From Eledone cirrhosa (Eukaryota): 64,000 nt of DNA. Of this stretch, positions 11,424-25,646 are shown in pieces; the first letter of the stretch is position 1, and every line of letters starts with the position of its first letter. The stretch is taken from positions 82,770,001 through 82,834,000 of the forward strand of contig OZ024747.1 of the NCBI GenBank assembly GCA_964016885.1, read 5' to 3'. A program made the translations under genes and the position numbers. The notes beneath the pieces are model-generated. The model worked only from the letters and a program-made list of their open reading frames with translations, was not told the origin of the DNA and made no database searches.

Positions 11424-13799
11424 ATAGAGGAGGAAGTATACCAACCATACCTGAATAAATGAAGGTTATCTGGCAAACTGACCAACTTAAACGACAGAGT
11501 AAAGTTCCAAGTAAACTTTGAAGTTTTGTATTTCACACAAAATATTTATAGAGTCTTTTCACTCAAATTCCTTCAACACAAATATTATCTCCGTCGCAAG
11601 TTAAAATTTTTTTTGTTTGAAATTCGTACTTTTTTCTTCATTATAATAACTGTGGGGGGGGGGCGTGTGTGTTAGTGCGTGTGTGCGAGTGTGCGTCTGT
11701 ACGCAAACACTTTTATTTGTAATTTTCCTCCCCAGAAGGAGAATCTTTCTAACTAACAAATATCCACCATTGGAATATAGCAGTAAATTACAGTAATAAA
11801 CGTGTTATACGCTGAATTTTAGTAAAGTCTTGCATATTTTTGCTGTTCCACTTACCTACTGAACCTACAGATAATGTGTTATGTTTTCGGTCATAGGAAG
11901 TAACTACCTATGTTTTTTTTCAGACTGTTACTTAAAAACTTACTACCATAACTAAGTACATACATATATATATGTGTGTGTGTGTGTGTGTACGTCTAAC
12001 TTGTGAGTAGGGGTGTTTTATGTCCCAATGGAAAAGAAAATATCTGTCATATGTGACTATATATAATATTCGTGGAAATCCATCAAAAAAACTTTGGTTG
12101 ACATCAAACCGACAGAAACGAAGGAAAAAAACAACAAAATAAATAACAAAAAATATAAATCAAACACAAAACTAAGAAATTATCATCAATGTTATGACTT
12201 CAACTTCAAAAATATAGTAAATATTTTGGCATACCGGTAAAATGGGCTGATTTAAACTGACATTTACACAATCACGTGTTAAATATCGATAATTTATTGA
12301 ACCGCTAAACTGCCGAGTATAAAAATGTTGACATTTAAAATATATAATCGATGGCAGTAAACTGTGTGGAGATTCCTCATTAATTTATCCAAGTTATAGC
12401 TGCACAATTGCGCACGACTTAAGCTAGAGTTCCGCTAGTTTGCATGGTTAACCAATCCATTATTAAAGGTGGGTAACAGCTGACATATTTAAGTTCAAAT
12501 TATTTTTTTTAATTTATATTTATATTTGTCATTCTTATTCTTTTTATGAATTCAAAAATATTATTGAAATATTTGAATAATATCTTAAATTTGTCGATTG
12601 TGGTCTCAAATTTCATAGAACGCTTCAAAGAATTGTTGATCGTGTTTCCTATAATTTATTTATTTATTTTTCCAAAGGTTGCAGTGATGATAATGTGCAG
12701 TTTTTGGCTTCCAAATACAGTATTTACTAAATTATTGCTTCATAAATCTCGGAATAGTTTTTGCTATATGATGTTAAATTTTGTCATAATTTTCTAATTG
12801 TATAAATGTTTAAAAGAGAAAGACAGAGAGTGTGAGAGGGAAAGAGAGAGTGTTGGTGGAGAGCAGGCAGAGAGAGAGGAAAGGAGATGGGAAAAGAGAA
12901 ATGGAGAGAGAGGAGAGAGAGAAGAAGAGGGGAGATAAGAAATGAGAGATGAGAGATGAGAGAGGAGAGAGGGAAAAGGATGAGAGAATGAGAGAGAGGC
13001 GGGAAGGAAGAGAGAGATGGAGAGATGGATGCAGTGAGGGTGAGAGGGAGGCGGAGACAGGGGAGAGGGCGGCAGAGAGAGGAGAGAGTAAGCGAGAGAG
13101 AGAAATAGTAGATGAACACGCATCCATTGTAGTATAGAAGTTCTTCCAATCGCCAAGAGTTGGTGAAAGATACAAAATAATTTTTTAAATATGACAAACC
13201 AGCTTTGTCACGATTGAAGTTGTTTCTGTTATTTACACATTCACTTCTGAGAGAGGTAGAGAGCTGAAGGGCTTGACAAAATGATGATAAGAATAATGTC
13301 GGACATGAAAGAGAGAGAGAGAACGTCAGGCACGCAGAGAATGTGATACAGAAACACATATATAAACAGTAACACCCTCATTTGCTCACAATATATGGGG
13401 GGAGCGGGAGAGACGGGGGCAGTGACAGTGGGAGTTTGGCTCCTTTGTGTTCGGATCTGGTGTAAATATGTGTATATAAGAGAGAATGAGTCTCAAAGCT
13501 GTTTCTTGTAACTTATATTAGTGTTTATAAAACTATCTAATAATGTTCCAAAAAATGAATAACAAAGGTTTTACTGAAATGCTTGGCATGATTTCTCTAG
13601 TATATCTACATGATGTTCCTACGTAGTTAATGGCAGAGAATCATACAAATTAAACAGTTGGGGATGACAAACCTAATTTTCTCAATGGAGTAAAGGAGGT
13701 GGAATTTCACAGAAAAAAATCAACACATTTACATTTGAGTTATATTTTCACTACATAAGTTAAATAAATACTCAAATAATTTTAAAATCATTAAACTTT

Positions 13800-14600
13800 C
13801 CATTTTGATACAGGTTGAAGGTATTACATTCTCACCAAAGATTTTCCTACAATTACTCAGTTAGGTCCTGTAGAAAATCCATGTGATAAATTATTAGCTT
13901 TCTAGTTAAGTACTTGTGGCAAACTGTATTTAAAAGGATTGTTTGATTAATTGGCTGTCATTGCAGAGAATACTTAAATTGGAAACTACAAGGGGTTATA
14001 TGTGAATGGCAGAGTAGTGTCATATGGTCTAGGTTTAAGGTTTAACACAGTGACATGTTCCCCATAAATTTCGCCTTACTGTAACAACGTTACCTTCACT
14101 CTGTATTTATAAATAGGTTATTCAAACAAGTGTTTAATTGCAATACCCATTAACCTTTTTTAAATCTTGCAATAGTATTACAACACATTCGTTTTTCAAG
14201 GTCAACATATGGATGGGAGCCACCACCAATGTTAGTTGTTGAAGAATTCCATTAGATAATTATACAAATTATGTTCGTCGTTGATGCAATGAATGCTTTT
14301 GCAAGATAATTTTTTCATTTATATAATCAACAGCAACGTTGAGTATTTTTGAGGAACATAGAGTCCTTAATGAAAGAAGGAAGCACGTCATAGCTATCGA
14401 CCTGGGTTGTCACTTTGCATTTATTCCATCAAACTTTAATAACACTTTACTCTCGGTTACCAATGATTCTTTCAAATCTGTTGGAGTTATCTTTCTTCAA
14501 CATTTCAATCGTTATCGACAATGTACTCTTGTGTTAACCTCTCCCTCACACCTCACCTCCAGACACACACAACCAAAACATTTCGAGAACATTCGATACA
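13800..14600 (-). pseudogene. Helitron Pif1-type helicase C-terminal remnant
   Basis: Frameshifted motifs YLMEFFN..PIHMLTLK (cf. YPxEFLN..PxHxLxLK), RRNL..CHC and FPI*VFSAMTAN*S (cf. QFPxxxxFAMTINKSQ). Confidence 0.7.
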
Positions 14601-14662
14601 TCATACTGATACATCATAATTTACCTGTATAAATTGTGTTCTTATTATTCACCCCGATATAA

Positions 14663-14882
14663 GGCCGGCAGATTGGAAGTATCGGTAGAGCGTCGGACGC
14701 CATGCTTTGCAGCATAGATCTACGGCACTTTATGATCTGAGTTCAAATCCCGCCGAGTTTAACTTTGCCTTTCATCCTTACTTGGTCGATAAAATAAAGT
14801 ACCAGTCACGCACTAGGTCGATTTAATCGACTTTCCCTTCCCCCAAAATTGCTGGCCTTGTGCCTATATAAGAAAACATTAT
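14663..14882 (+). mobile_element. SINE, full length
   Basis: A-box, B-box, body and tail as in the 8635 family. Confidence 0.85.
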
Positions 14883-14893
14883 TCACACTGATA

Positions 14894-15113
14894 AGGACGG
14901 TCGATTGGCAGAATTGTTAGTGTGTTGGATGAAATGCAATGCAGTATTTTGTTACAGATCTCAACGTTCTAGTTTCAAATCCCGCTGAGGTCAACTTTTC
15001 CTTTCATCCTTTTGGGGTCGATAAAATAAAATACGGGTATAGTATTGGGATCGATATAATCGACTATCTCTCCCCAATAATTGTTGACCTTGGGGCTTTC
15101 TTCGAAACAAATA
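14894..15113 (+). mobile_element. SINE, older and more diverged, in tandem with the previous copy
   Basis: TGGCAGAATTGTT..GTTTCAAATCCC..CTTTCATCCTTTTGGGGTCGATAAAATAAA. Confidence 0.8.
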
Positions 15114-15179
15114 TCCACAGCGATGAACATTACATCTCAACGATTATCTCCTCTTGAGAATAAAGTGCAATAAAACAGA

Positions 15180-16140
15180 ATCATGATTCACTGAAAACTC
15201 TTTACGTAAGTCACAGTCCCGATGTCCACTACTATTTCATCTTCGTCCCAAGAGAGGAGCTGTTATTTTAGAAGTAATGGCTGTATCATGATTCCTCGTA
15301 GAACATGAACCAATAGCTAAGTTGAATTGTTGCATGTCACAATTGCTAAATGAGGTGATACAATGTATGTATATATGAGGTGATACAGTATATGTTGAAG
15401 TACTCACTGTGCATTCAATGGCCAGACGGAACAACTGTATTATAGATGTACATTTACCAAATAACAGTGACCAGAGGTATGCAATAATCCCCCAGTTGTT
15501 AGAAGGTCATCAGAGAAACATGTGCACTCCATGTGTATACACAATCCCTAGTTGAAGCCAGCTATCCATCATAGTTTGCTCCATTTGAGGTGATACGTAA
15601 TGCTGTGTTGTCACTCCGACTGCTTTGTCGAATTTAGAACTGATTCAAGCGAAATTTTCTGATGCTGGAATTCCAATAATTCAAGATCGTTTGAATCTAG
15701 CATTTGCACAATAACATCGAATCGTAATACATTGTATTGCTGAGACATTTTTTACACTCTTCTAGTCATAGATATTTTTGTCTGTCCACTCGCAGAAAAT
15801 CTTCAGAATAAATCCCTTTTCATCATCATAAAAATATAAAGAGCGATAGAAAAATTATTTCGTTATTATTCTGGTAAACATACCCGCCTTGATTTAAACA
15901 CCTTTCCTCAAGATTGTGCCATTCCTTTTGCATCGCTTAATCTTCAGCCAATTCCTGCAATAGGATATTCATTAGCATGTCTGGAATTATTACTTTTCTA
16001 GTATTCTGAGCAAGATTGTCTTCATTAGAACGCATCAATCGCTGTCGCCTGGAATTCTTTTCTCTTCTGATATTCCAAGGCCTTCATTAGCACGCGCTAA
16101 TTTTCTTGGAACACGTTTGGGATTTTCGAATTGCCTCATA
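15180..16140 (-). pseudogene. Helitron RepHel N-terminal remnant
   Basis: Arg/Glu-rich start (REKNSRRQRLMRSNE), CYCAN, and NTALRITSNGA (cf. YNxAxxxTSxGA). Many stops and frameshifts. Confidence 0.55.
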
Positions 16141-17276
16141 TTAGTCTTTTCCATTATTATTTTCTTCCCTCTTATTCCATTCTTTTCTCAATAGTTTCTC
16201 TCTTACGATTCTTGTTTTTTTTTTCTTTCCATTTTCTCTCCATTTTAGCTATAACATATATGTATAGTAAAACAAAACAAAACAAAATATTCTGGATAGA
16301 CACTGCAGTGCATAATAATGGTTAATTATATCAGTTAACAGTGTATTGTTGATTAAAACAAAATTGTCTATCCTTATATGCTGTAAAACGGATATAAGTA
16401 AAGTCATAAAAAGAAATGTAATCACCAAAAGACATTATCTTCTCGTCACTTTTTCTTCAGAGAGAAAAAAAAATAAACGCATAAAAGATGAATGGTTTTC
16501 AGTATTCAGAGAATATTGTATAGTGCACATGGATTGAGGGAAGGGAAATAAAATGAAAGTATTTTTCATACAATAATTTCTATGAAACGAATATGAGTTT
16601 ATATCTCATCAGATTTTTACGAAAGAAACCTCCTCACATATATATTCTTCAGTGTGAGAAGATGTCAGGGGTGAATTGAGTTCAAATTATTGTTCACGCA
16701 CACACACAAACAAACACACACATATATATACACGCAAACATACACACACACATACACACATACACACATACACACATACACACAAACACAAACACACACG
16801 CAGTTATTTTATTAATATAGATTTCTTAACTAATAGATGTCTGTAATTTATCTATTTAAATAGAATTTTTTATATGATCGACAAAAAAAAAATCTAAAAC
16901 CTAAATAGATACAGTATAATATTGATTTCTTTTAGCTGGGAAATAAATGTTCCCCGTTGCACGTTATCAAAAAATAAATTAGTTCTACACCAGTACATTA
17001 GTGGCACTAGTTTTCAATTTAGAAGAATTAAGCTAAAAATTACAAATTAAGGGTCGTTTAGCTCAATGGTTTAGGAGACTCGCCAAAATTTGATAGGTAC
17101 GATTCTTCGTGGCGTCTACTGGTCAATTCTTTCCATCTATAAGCGCATTTCAACTGATTTTCTAAGCTATTATGTATAGCAATTGACTATGGTTTCAGTT
17201 ATTTTCTGCATTTGGGATTTCTATATTTTGTAAGAATAACAAATTATTTAGTTAGGCAGTGTACAGTCTTTTCTAC

Positions 17277-17442
17277 AGGGTCGGACGCCATGCTTTGACG
17301 TATAGAGTTACGGCCCTTGCCATTCTGAGTTCAAATCCCGCCGAGGTTAACTTTGCCTTTCATCCTTACGGGGTCGATAAAATAAAGTACCAGTAATTTA
17401 CTGGGTAATTGCTGGCCTTGTGCCAAAAGTAGAAACAATTAT
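17277..17442 (+). mobile_element. SINE, 5'-truncated
   Basis: Near-identical to 8662-8826. Confidence 0.85.
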
Positions 17443-18579
17443 TAAATCAAAGAGAAAAAACAGGAACTATTCACACAATCTTACTAAAGAATTCGAAACT
17501 TAAAGCCATTATTTATCATTTTCCTAGGAGACTCGTAACTTTAACGAGGACCATGAAGCAATGCTTTTTAAATTTAAATCCTTATATATATATACACACA
17601 TATAAACACACATATATATATATATATATGTATACACACACGCGCGCATTGTTGACATGTTTTAGTTTAGCACTTGAAACTGTTGTTTCATGTTTGATTT
17701 TGCGAATCTTAACTGAATTAAGATATTCTGCTGTATTTAATGTTGAACTCCGTTTGATGTTATGTTTGTAGTAGATAACCATTGAAGTCAATAATAATGG
17801 TGACTCGGCATACTCCAAATACCAAATATCAACACAGTTATGTCTGCACTAAATCACACAACCATATCTCCACCTAGTCTTAGAGTTAGCGTCCGACCAT
17901 TCAACCATATCGCCAAAGAGATAGTCAAAACTATAAAACAATGCTGATTCCTTTCGCGAGAAGAGATGGAAAGCAATACTACAATCCGATTAATCCTCTA
18001 TAAAAGTTATACTCTGATTTTTCAGTCATTAAATCCAATAACACATATTTACTCACAAACGAGACTGCAGAAGAGGCTGTGTCCACAATCGTATTTGTAT
18101 GTAGTCTCTCGACATACAACAACAACAGTTAGCTCCCCTTCAAATACTACACCAATACAAGACCGTAATGTGCTACATTACGGTCTTTTGTGTTAATAAT
18201 CACCCATATTACACGGTCTCAGATATCATGTCTCACTATGAAATTTTTAATGAAATGCATGATTCTATACTCAACTTCTTTTCCTGACGACACTTTAATA
18301 CAAACCTGGTCGCTCGATCTGCTACAAATTAGAGTTAAATCTTCTTTAAATCCTACCCAGATTTAGTCAAAAAAAGAAGGCATTAGATTATACTTTCCTT
18401 CCAGCACCATCAAATGATGTGAGCTCTTACTGAGAATATAAAGGTTATTTCTTGTTCATTTCCTTCGGTTTACAACACACTATCATGTTGGCTAACACCA
18501 ATTCTGGGAGATAGATATGTAGTAAAAGAGAGGATTTAGAGAGAGAAGAAAGAAGAATCGAGAACACTTCTTATCTGCT

Positions 18580-18705
18580 ATTTTATTTATCGACACTCAA
18601 TGTATTAAAGGTAAAGTTGACCTCTGCGGGATTTGAACTCGAAGATCGGAGAAACGGAAAGCATTCTATCCGCCGCCTAAATGACTCTGCCAATTCACCG
18701 TCTAT
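18580..18705 (-). mobile_element. SINE fragment
   Basis: TTTATCGAC..AAAGGTAAAGTTGACCTCTGCGGGATTTGAACTC..CTGCCAATTCACCG. Confidence 0.7.
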
Positions 18706-19298
18706 AATGTAAAAAGACGGGATTGTCACGGTTGGATTATCTTTGACGATAGGTTTGATCGATCAGGACTGAAATAACACCCAACAACAACAACAACAAC
18801 AAAACTACGGTCATTTAACTAAACGATTATATACAGTCGTACACTACATACACACTACGTTTGATTACACAGCACTGTATGAATTTCTACTTCTAAAAGT
18901 GCATAAGTCACATTGATTTTCATGTGACTGAAGTACTGTTAAAACTAGAATCTTCAATTGCACGCTGTAATTTCCTATAATACACTAAAGAACACCATGT
19001 TACACTTCACTAAACATCACTACAATACATAATCTAGTGTGCGTTTGTTTTTTTTACCAGTTGATATATTTTGTAAGGATTATCAAACCAACCGGAAAAT
19101 CTGTCTATACATTTATTTATTTAATCATTTTCAACATTCAAATTTGCATTTAGATTTTGAAAACTGTATACAACAACGCCAATATAATTACAACTTTGAG
19201 AGAGTTTATATGGGATCTCTCAACTTCCTGGAAATAGCAGCCCTACTGTCTTAAAGGAGAAAATACACGCCATGATGTAGTACCATATACCTAAAGTC

Positions 19299-19300
19299 AG

Positions 19301-19387
<87 letters not shown>

Positions 19388-19510
19388 AAAGAAAAATAAG
19401 AAAAGAAAGAAAACAAAACAAAACAAAGAAAAGAAAGAAAAGAAAACAAAGAAAACAATGAAAACAAAGAAAACAAAGAAAACAAAGAAAACAAAGAAAA
19501 CAAAGAAAAG
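19299..19510. repeat. (AAAG)n and (AAAGAAAAC)n simple repeats
   Basis: Seen directly. Confidence 0.95.
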
Positions 19511-19601
19511 AGAGAAAGTACGAGAGAAACAGAAAAAAAACTATTTGCTGGGAGACTGACGTTCCATCATATCTGCTCTTTTGGGTTTGGTACGAAATTA
19601 A

Positions 19602-22600
19602 ACGACAACACCAATACCCCCAACAACAACACCACCAATACCCCCAACAACAACACCACCACTACCTCCAACAACAACAACACCAATACCTCCAACAACA
19701 ACAACAATACCAATAACCCCAACAACAACACCACCAATACCCCCAACAACAACACCACCAATACCTGCAACAACAACACCACGAATACCTCCAACAACAA
19801 CACCAATACCTCCAACAACAACAACAAAACCAATACCTCCAACAACAACAACACCAATACCTCCAACAACAACAACACCAATACCTCCAACAACAACACC
19901 ACCAATACCTGCAACAACAACACCACCAATACTCCCAACAACAACAACACCACCAATACCTCCAACAACAACAACAAAACCAATACCTCCAACAACAACA
20001 ACACCAATACCTCCAACAACAACAACACCAATACCTCCAACAACAACACCACCAATACCTCCAACAACAACAACAACACCAATACCTCCAACAACAACAA
20101 CAACACCAATACCTCCAACAACAACAACACCAATACCTCCAACAACAACAACAACACCAATACCTCCAACAACAACAACACCAATACCTCCAACAACAAC
20201 AACAACACCAATACCTCCAACAACAACACCACCAATACCCCCAACAACAACACCACCAATACCTCCAACAACAACAACAACACAAATACCTCCAACAACA
20301 ACACCAATACCTCCAACAACAACACAACCAATACCTCCAACAACAACACCACCAATTCCTCCAACAACAACAACACCACCAATACCTCCAACAACAACAC
20401 AACCAATACCTCCAACAACAACAACACCAATACCTCCAACAACAACACCACCAATACCTCCAACAACAACAACACCACCAATACCTCCAACAACAACAAC
20501 ACCAATACCTCCAACAACAACAACACCAATACCTCCAACAACAACAACACCACCAATACCTCCAACAACAACAACACCACCAATACCTCCAACAACAACA
20601 CCACCAATACCCCCAACAACAACACCACCAATACCTCCAACAACAACAACAACACAAATACCTCCAACAACAACACCAATACCTCCAACAACAACACAAC
20701 CAATACCTCCAACAACAACAACAACACCAATACCCCCAACAACAACAACACCACCGATACCTCCAACAACAACAACAACACCAATACCTCCAACAACAAC
20801 AACACCACCAATACCTCCAACAACAACAACACCACCGATACCTCCAACAACAACAACAACACCAATACCTCCAACAACAACAACACCACCAATACCTCCA
20901 ACAACAACAACACCACCGATACCTCCAACAACAACAACAACACCAATACCTCCAACAACAACAACACCAATACCTCCAACAACAACACCACCAATACCTC
21001 CAACAACAACACCAATACCTCCAACAACAACAACACCACCGATACCTCCAACAACAACAACAACACCAATACCCCCAACAACAACAACACCACCGATACC
21101 TCCAACAACAACAACAACACCAATACCTCCAACAACAACAACACCACCAATACCTCCAACAACAACAACACCACCGATACCTCCAACAACAACAACAACA
21201 CCAATACCTCCAACAACACCAATACCTCCAACAACAACAACACCAATACCTCCAACAACAACACCACCAATACCTCCAACAACAACAACAATACCTCCAA
21301 CAACAACACCACCAATGCCTCCAACAACAACACCACCAATACCTCCAACAACAACAACAACACCAATACCTCCAACAACAACAACACCACCGATACCTCC
21401 AACAACAACAACAACACCAATACCTCCAACAACACCAATACCTCCAACAACAACAACACCAATACCTCCAACAACAACACCACCAATACCTCCAAAAACA
21501 ACAACAATACCTCCAACAACAACACCACCAATACCTCCAACAACAACACCACCAATACCTCCAACAACAACAACAATACCTCCAACAACAACACCACCAA
21601 TACCTCCAACAACAACACCACCAATACCTCCAACAACAACAACACCAATACCTCCAACAACAACAACAACACCAATACCCCAAACAACAACAACACCAAT
21701 GCCTCCAACAACAACAACACCAATACCTCCAACAACAACACCACCAATACCTGCAACAACAACACCACCAATACCTCCAACAACAACAACAAAACCAATA
21801 CCTCCAACAACAACAACACCAATACCTCCAACAACAACAACATCAATACCTCCAACAACAACAACACCAATACCCCCAATAACAACAACAACACCAATAC
21901 CTCCAACAACAACAACACCACCAATACCTCCAACAACAACACCACCAATACCTCCAACAACAACAACACCACCAATACCTCCAACAACAACACCACCAAT
22001 ACCTCCAACAACACCACCAATACCTCCAACAACAACACCACCAATACCTCCAACAATAACAACAACACCAATACCCCCAACAACAACACCACGAATACCT
22101 CCAACAACAACACCAATACCCCCAACAACAACAACAACAACACCAATACCTCCAACAACAACAACAACACCAATACCCCCAACAACAACAACACCAATAC
22201 CTCCAACAACAACAACACCAATACCTCCAACAACAACAACACCAATACCTCCAAGAACAACACCACCAATACCTCCAACAACAACAACACCAATACCCCC
22301 AACAACAACAACACCAATGCCTCCAACAACAACACCACCAATACCTCCAACAACAACACCACCAATACCTCCAACAACACCAATACCTCCAACAACAACA
22401 ACACCAATACCTCCAACAACAACAACACCAATACCTCCAACAACAACACCACCAATACCTCCAACAACAACACCACCAATACCTCCAACAACAACAACAC
22501 CAATACCTCCAACAACAACAACACCAATACCTCCAAGAACAACACCACCAATACCTCCAACAACAACAACACCAATACCCCCAACAACAACAACACCACT

Positions 22601-24362
22601 ACCTCCAACAACAACACCACCAATACCTCCAACAACAACACCACCAATACCTCCAACAACAACAACACCAATACCCCCAACAACAACAACACCAATGCCT
22701 CCAACAACAACACCACCAATACCTCCAACAACAACACCACCAATACCTCCAACAACACCAATACCTCCAACAACAACAACACCAATACCTCCAACAACAA
22801 CAACACCAATACCTCCAACAACAACACCACCAATACCTCCAACAACAACACCACCAATACCTCCAACAACAACAACACCAATACCTCCAACAACAACAAC
22901 ACCAATACCTCCAAGAACAACACCACCAATACCTCCAACAACAACAACACCAATACCCCCAACAACAACAACACCACTACCTCCAACAACAACACCACCA
23001 ATACCTCCAACAACAACACCACCAATACCTCCAACAACAACACCACCAATACCTCCAACAACAACAACACCAATACCTCCAACAACAACAACACCAATAC
23101 CTCCAAGAACAACACCACCAATACCTCCAACAACAACACCACCAATACCTCCAACAACAACACCACCAATACCTCCAACAACAACACCACCAATACCTCC
23201 AACAACACCAATACCTCCAACAACAACAACACCAATACCTCCAACAACAACACCACCAATACCTCCAACAACAACACCACCAATACCTCCAACAACAACA
23301 CCACCAATACCTCCAACAACAACACCACCAATACCTCCAACAACACCAATACCTCCAACAACAACAACACCAATACCTCCAACAACAACACCACCAATAC
23401 CTCCAACAACAACAACACCAATACCTCCAACAACAACAACACCAATACCTCTAACAACAACACCACCAATACCTCCAACAACACCAATACCTCCAACAAC
23501 AACAACACCAATACCTCCAACAACACCAATACCTCCAACAACAACAACACCAATACCTCCAACAGCAACACCACCAATACCTCCAACAACAACAACACCA
23601 ATACCTCCAACAACAACAACACCAATACCTCCAACAACAACACCACCAATACCTCCAACAACACCACCAATACCTCCAACAACACCACCACCAATACCTC
23701 CAACAACAACAACACCAATACCTCCAACAGCAACACCACCAATACCTCCAACAACAACAACACCAATACCTCCAACAACAACAACACCAATACCTCCAAC
23801 AACAACACCACCAATACCTCCAACAACACCACCAATACCTCCAACAACAACACCACCAATACCTCCAACAACACCACCAATACCCCCAACAAGAACAACA
23901 CCACCAATACCGCCAACAACAACAACACCACCAATACCTCCAACAACAACACCACCAATACCTCCAACAACAACAACACCACCAATACCTCCAACAACAA
24001 CAACACCAATACCCCCAACAACAACAACACCACCAATACCTCCAACAACAACAACACCAATACCCCCAACAAGAACAACACCACCAATACCTCCAACAAC
24101 AACAACACCAATACCTCCAACAACAACAACACCACCAATACCTCCAACAACAACAACACCAATACCCCCAACAACAACAACACTACCAATACCTCCAACA
24201 ACAACAACACCAATACCTCCAACAACAACAACACCACCAATACCCCCAACAACAACACCACCAATACCTCCAACAACAACAACACCAATACCCCCAACAA
24301 GAACAACACCACCAATACCTCCAACAACAACAACACCAATACCCCCAACAGCAACGACGACA
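19602..24362. repeat. ~4.75-kb minisatellite, unit CCAATACCT-CCA-(ACA)n-(CCA)0-1, ~18-27 bp
   Basis: Seen directly. Unit length varies by whole triplets, which produces the long ORF-track frames. Confidence 0.95.
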
Positions 24363-24681
24363 AGGTGATCAGCACTGCATCGACTTTACTATGGTTGGCC
24401 CTTTCAAAGTCCCTGGAATTGCGTCAGGTTGGGGTCCTCATTGTACGAGTCTTCCAGCCTCTTCCTTATACACTGTACTCACTATCCCTCCATCCCGCCT
24501 TTGGTTATTGCAACACTTTCCAGTCTATCACCTCCTCATCAAGGAATTGGCAGAGTCGTTAGAACGTCAGTATTCGTTCCGGTTTTCTTCACCATTCTGT
24601 TTGATGGGGGAACAAACATCTCGAAAGCAAATATTGTAACCTTGGTGATAAGTATGTATAGCTCATGTTTAGAAAGTGTAA

Positions 24682-24813
24682 AGGGCGGCGAGTTACAGAG
24701 TCGTTAGAACCTTCAATAGAATGATTTGCGTTCCAGCTCTGTACGCCCTTAGTTCAAAACCTGCTGAAGTCAACTTTGTCCATCAATTCTAGATCGATAA
24801 AAAAGTACCAGTT
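24682..24813 (+). mobile_element. Diverged SINE
   Basis: GGCGGCGAGTT..GTTCAAAACCTGCTGAAGTCAACTTTGTCC..GATCGATAAAAAAGTACCAG. Confidence 0.65.
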
Positions 24814-25309
24814 AGGTATTAGGGTCTATTCTTTTTCTATATCTATTTCTATATCTATGTCAAAAATTATTCTCTCTTTCCTTCTATCTTTCTCTAGAAG
24901 AAATCGGTTGTGTTCAGACCGAGAACGATGGTGGGCTTTGTCAGGTTTTATGAGACCAAGATGTTACAATCGTGCCTTAGCGAATTCATCAGGAGTTACG
25001 GGCCCATACATATATCATCTCCCCACGATGAGGGAGTGGCACTGCTGTCCGTAGCCTTTGACCAGTCATGTACTGCAGGATAAGAAACCTAGCCTTGTAG
25101 GTTGTGTTCGGCCCCTGATCTTGTGCTCACTGAAAACTAGGCAAATTCGTTCAGTTTCCGTTCTGGCAGAGCCGGGAAAAGTGGGGCTTTAGAAATAGTG
25201 ATAGCAGAAGATCTTATCTTCAAATCTGTGATCCGCCGTTGTTGGTACATCCACAATCTGGCGACTTCTTTTTTTCATTTTTCTTATCCACATCTGGGCA
25301 GATGATTCT

Positions 25310-25646
25310 TAAATGCGGTGATACATTTTATATGAAATCGTATGTTGAAACAGATATTGTTATATTTGGGGAGGGTCATATTGTCCTGATATTGCCAAAA
25401 AACTATAGTAAAACACACTCACTGTTTGGTTTGGTTTTCGCTTCAGTATATTTTTTATATTTCTATAAATAATTTAAATATTGATCGCCAGTTAAATTAT
25501 TTATAGAAATATAAAAATATACTGAAGCGAAAATTAAACCAAACCAAACAGTGAGTGAGTTTTACTATATTTTTTCTGGCAATATTAGGACAACATGGCC
25601 TTGTGCCAATAGTAGAAACAATATTAGGACAACATGATCCTTCCCA
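25310..25646. mobile_element. Fold-back element, family B (probable PLE pLTR relic)
   Basis: Inverted arms ~25357-25477 and 25492-25646, with a small SINE-tail insert in the right arm. Terminus TTGTTATA..GGGAGGGTCAT and the one-sided extension GTTTCAACA are shared with 47431-47660 and 53782-54309. Confidence 0.65.

Larger units (their letters stand above)
13597..16821 (-). mobile_element. Decayed Helitron with both termini, internally deleted and interrupted by two SINEs
   Basis: 5' end A|TCTATATTAATAAAA followed by a (TG)-rich tract. 3' end is an imperfect hairpin CTACGTAGGAACATCATGTAG then ATATACTAG. RepHel remnants lie inside. Confidence 0.7.

Noticed and set aside
12399-12427. Plus-strand Helitron 3' end (imperfect palindrome + CTAG)
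   Set aside because: The hairpin is weak and I found no matching 5' end or coding remnant.
17050-17125. tRNA gene (also 9545-9605 on the minus strand)
   Set aside because: A/B-box-like motifs are present but no cloverleaf, so these are decayed SINE heads.
19567-24375. 1602-aa Leu/Val, 673-aa Cys/Trp and 1017-aa Pro/Thr ORFs as genes
   Set aside because: All are frames of one triplet-built minisatellite. There is no unique flanking domain or signal peptide, and a stop precedes the Pro/Thr frame.
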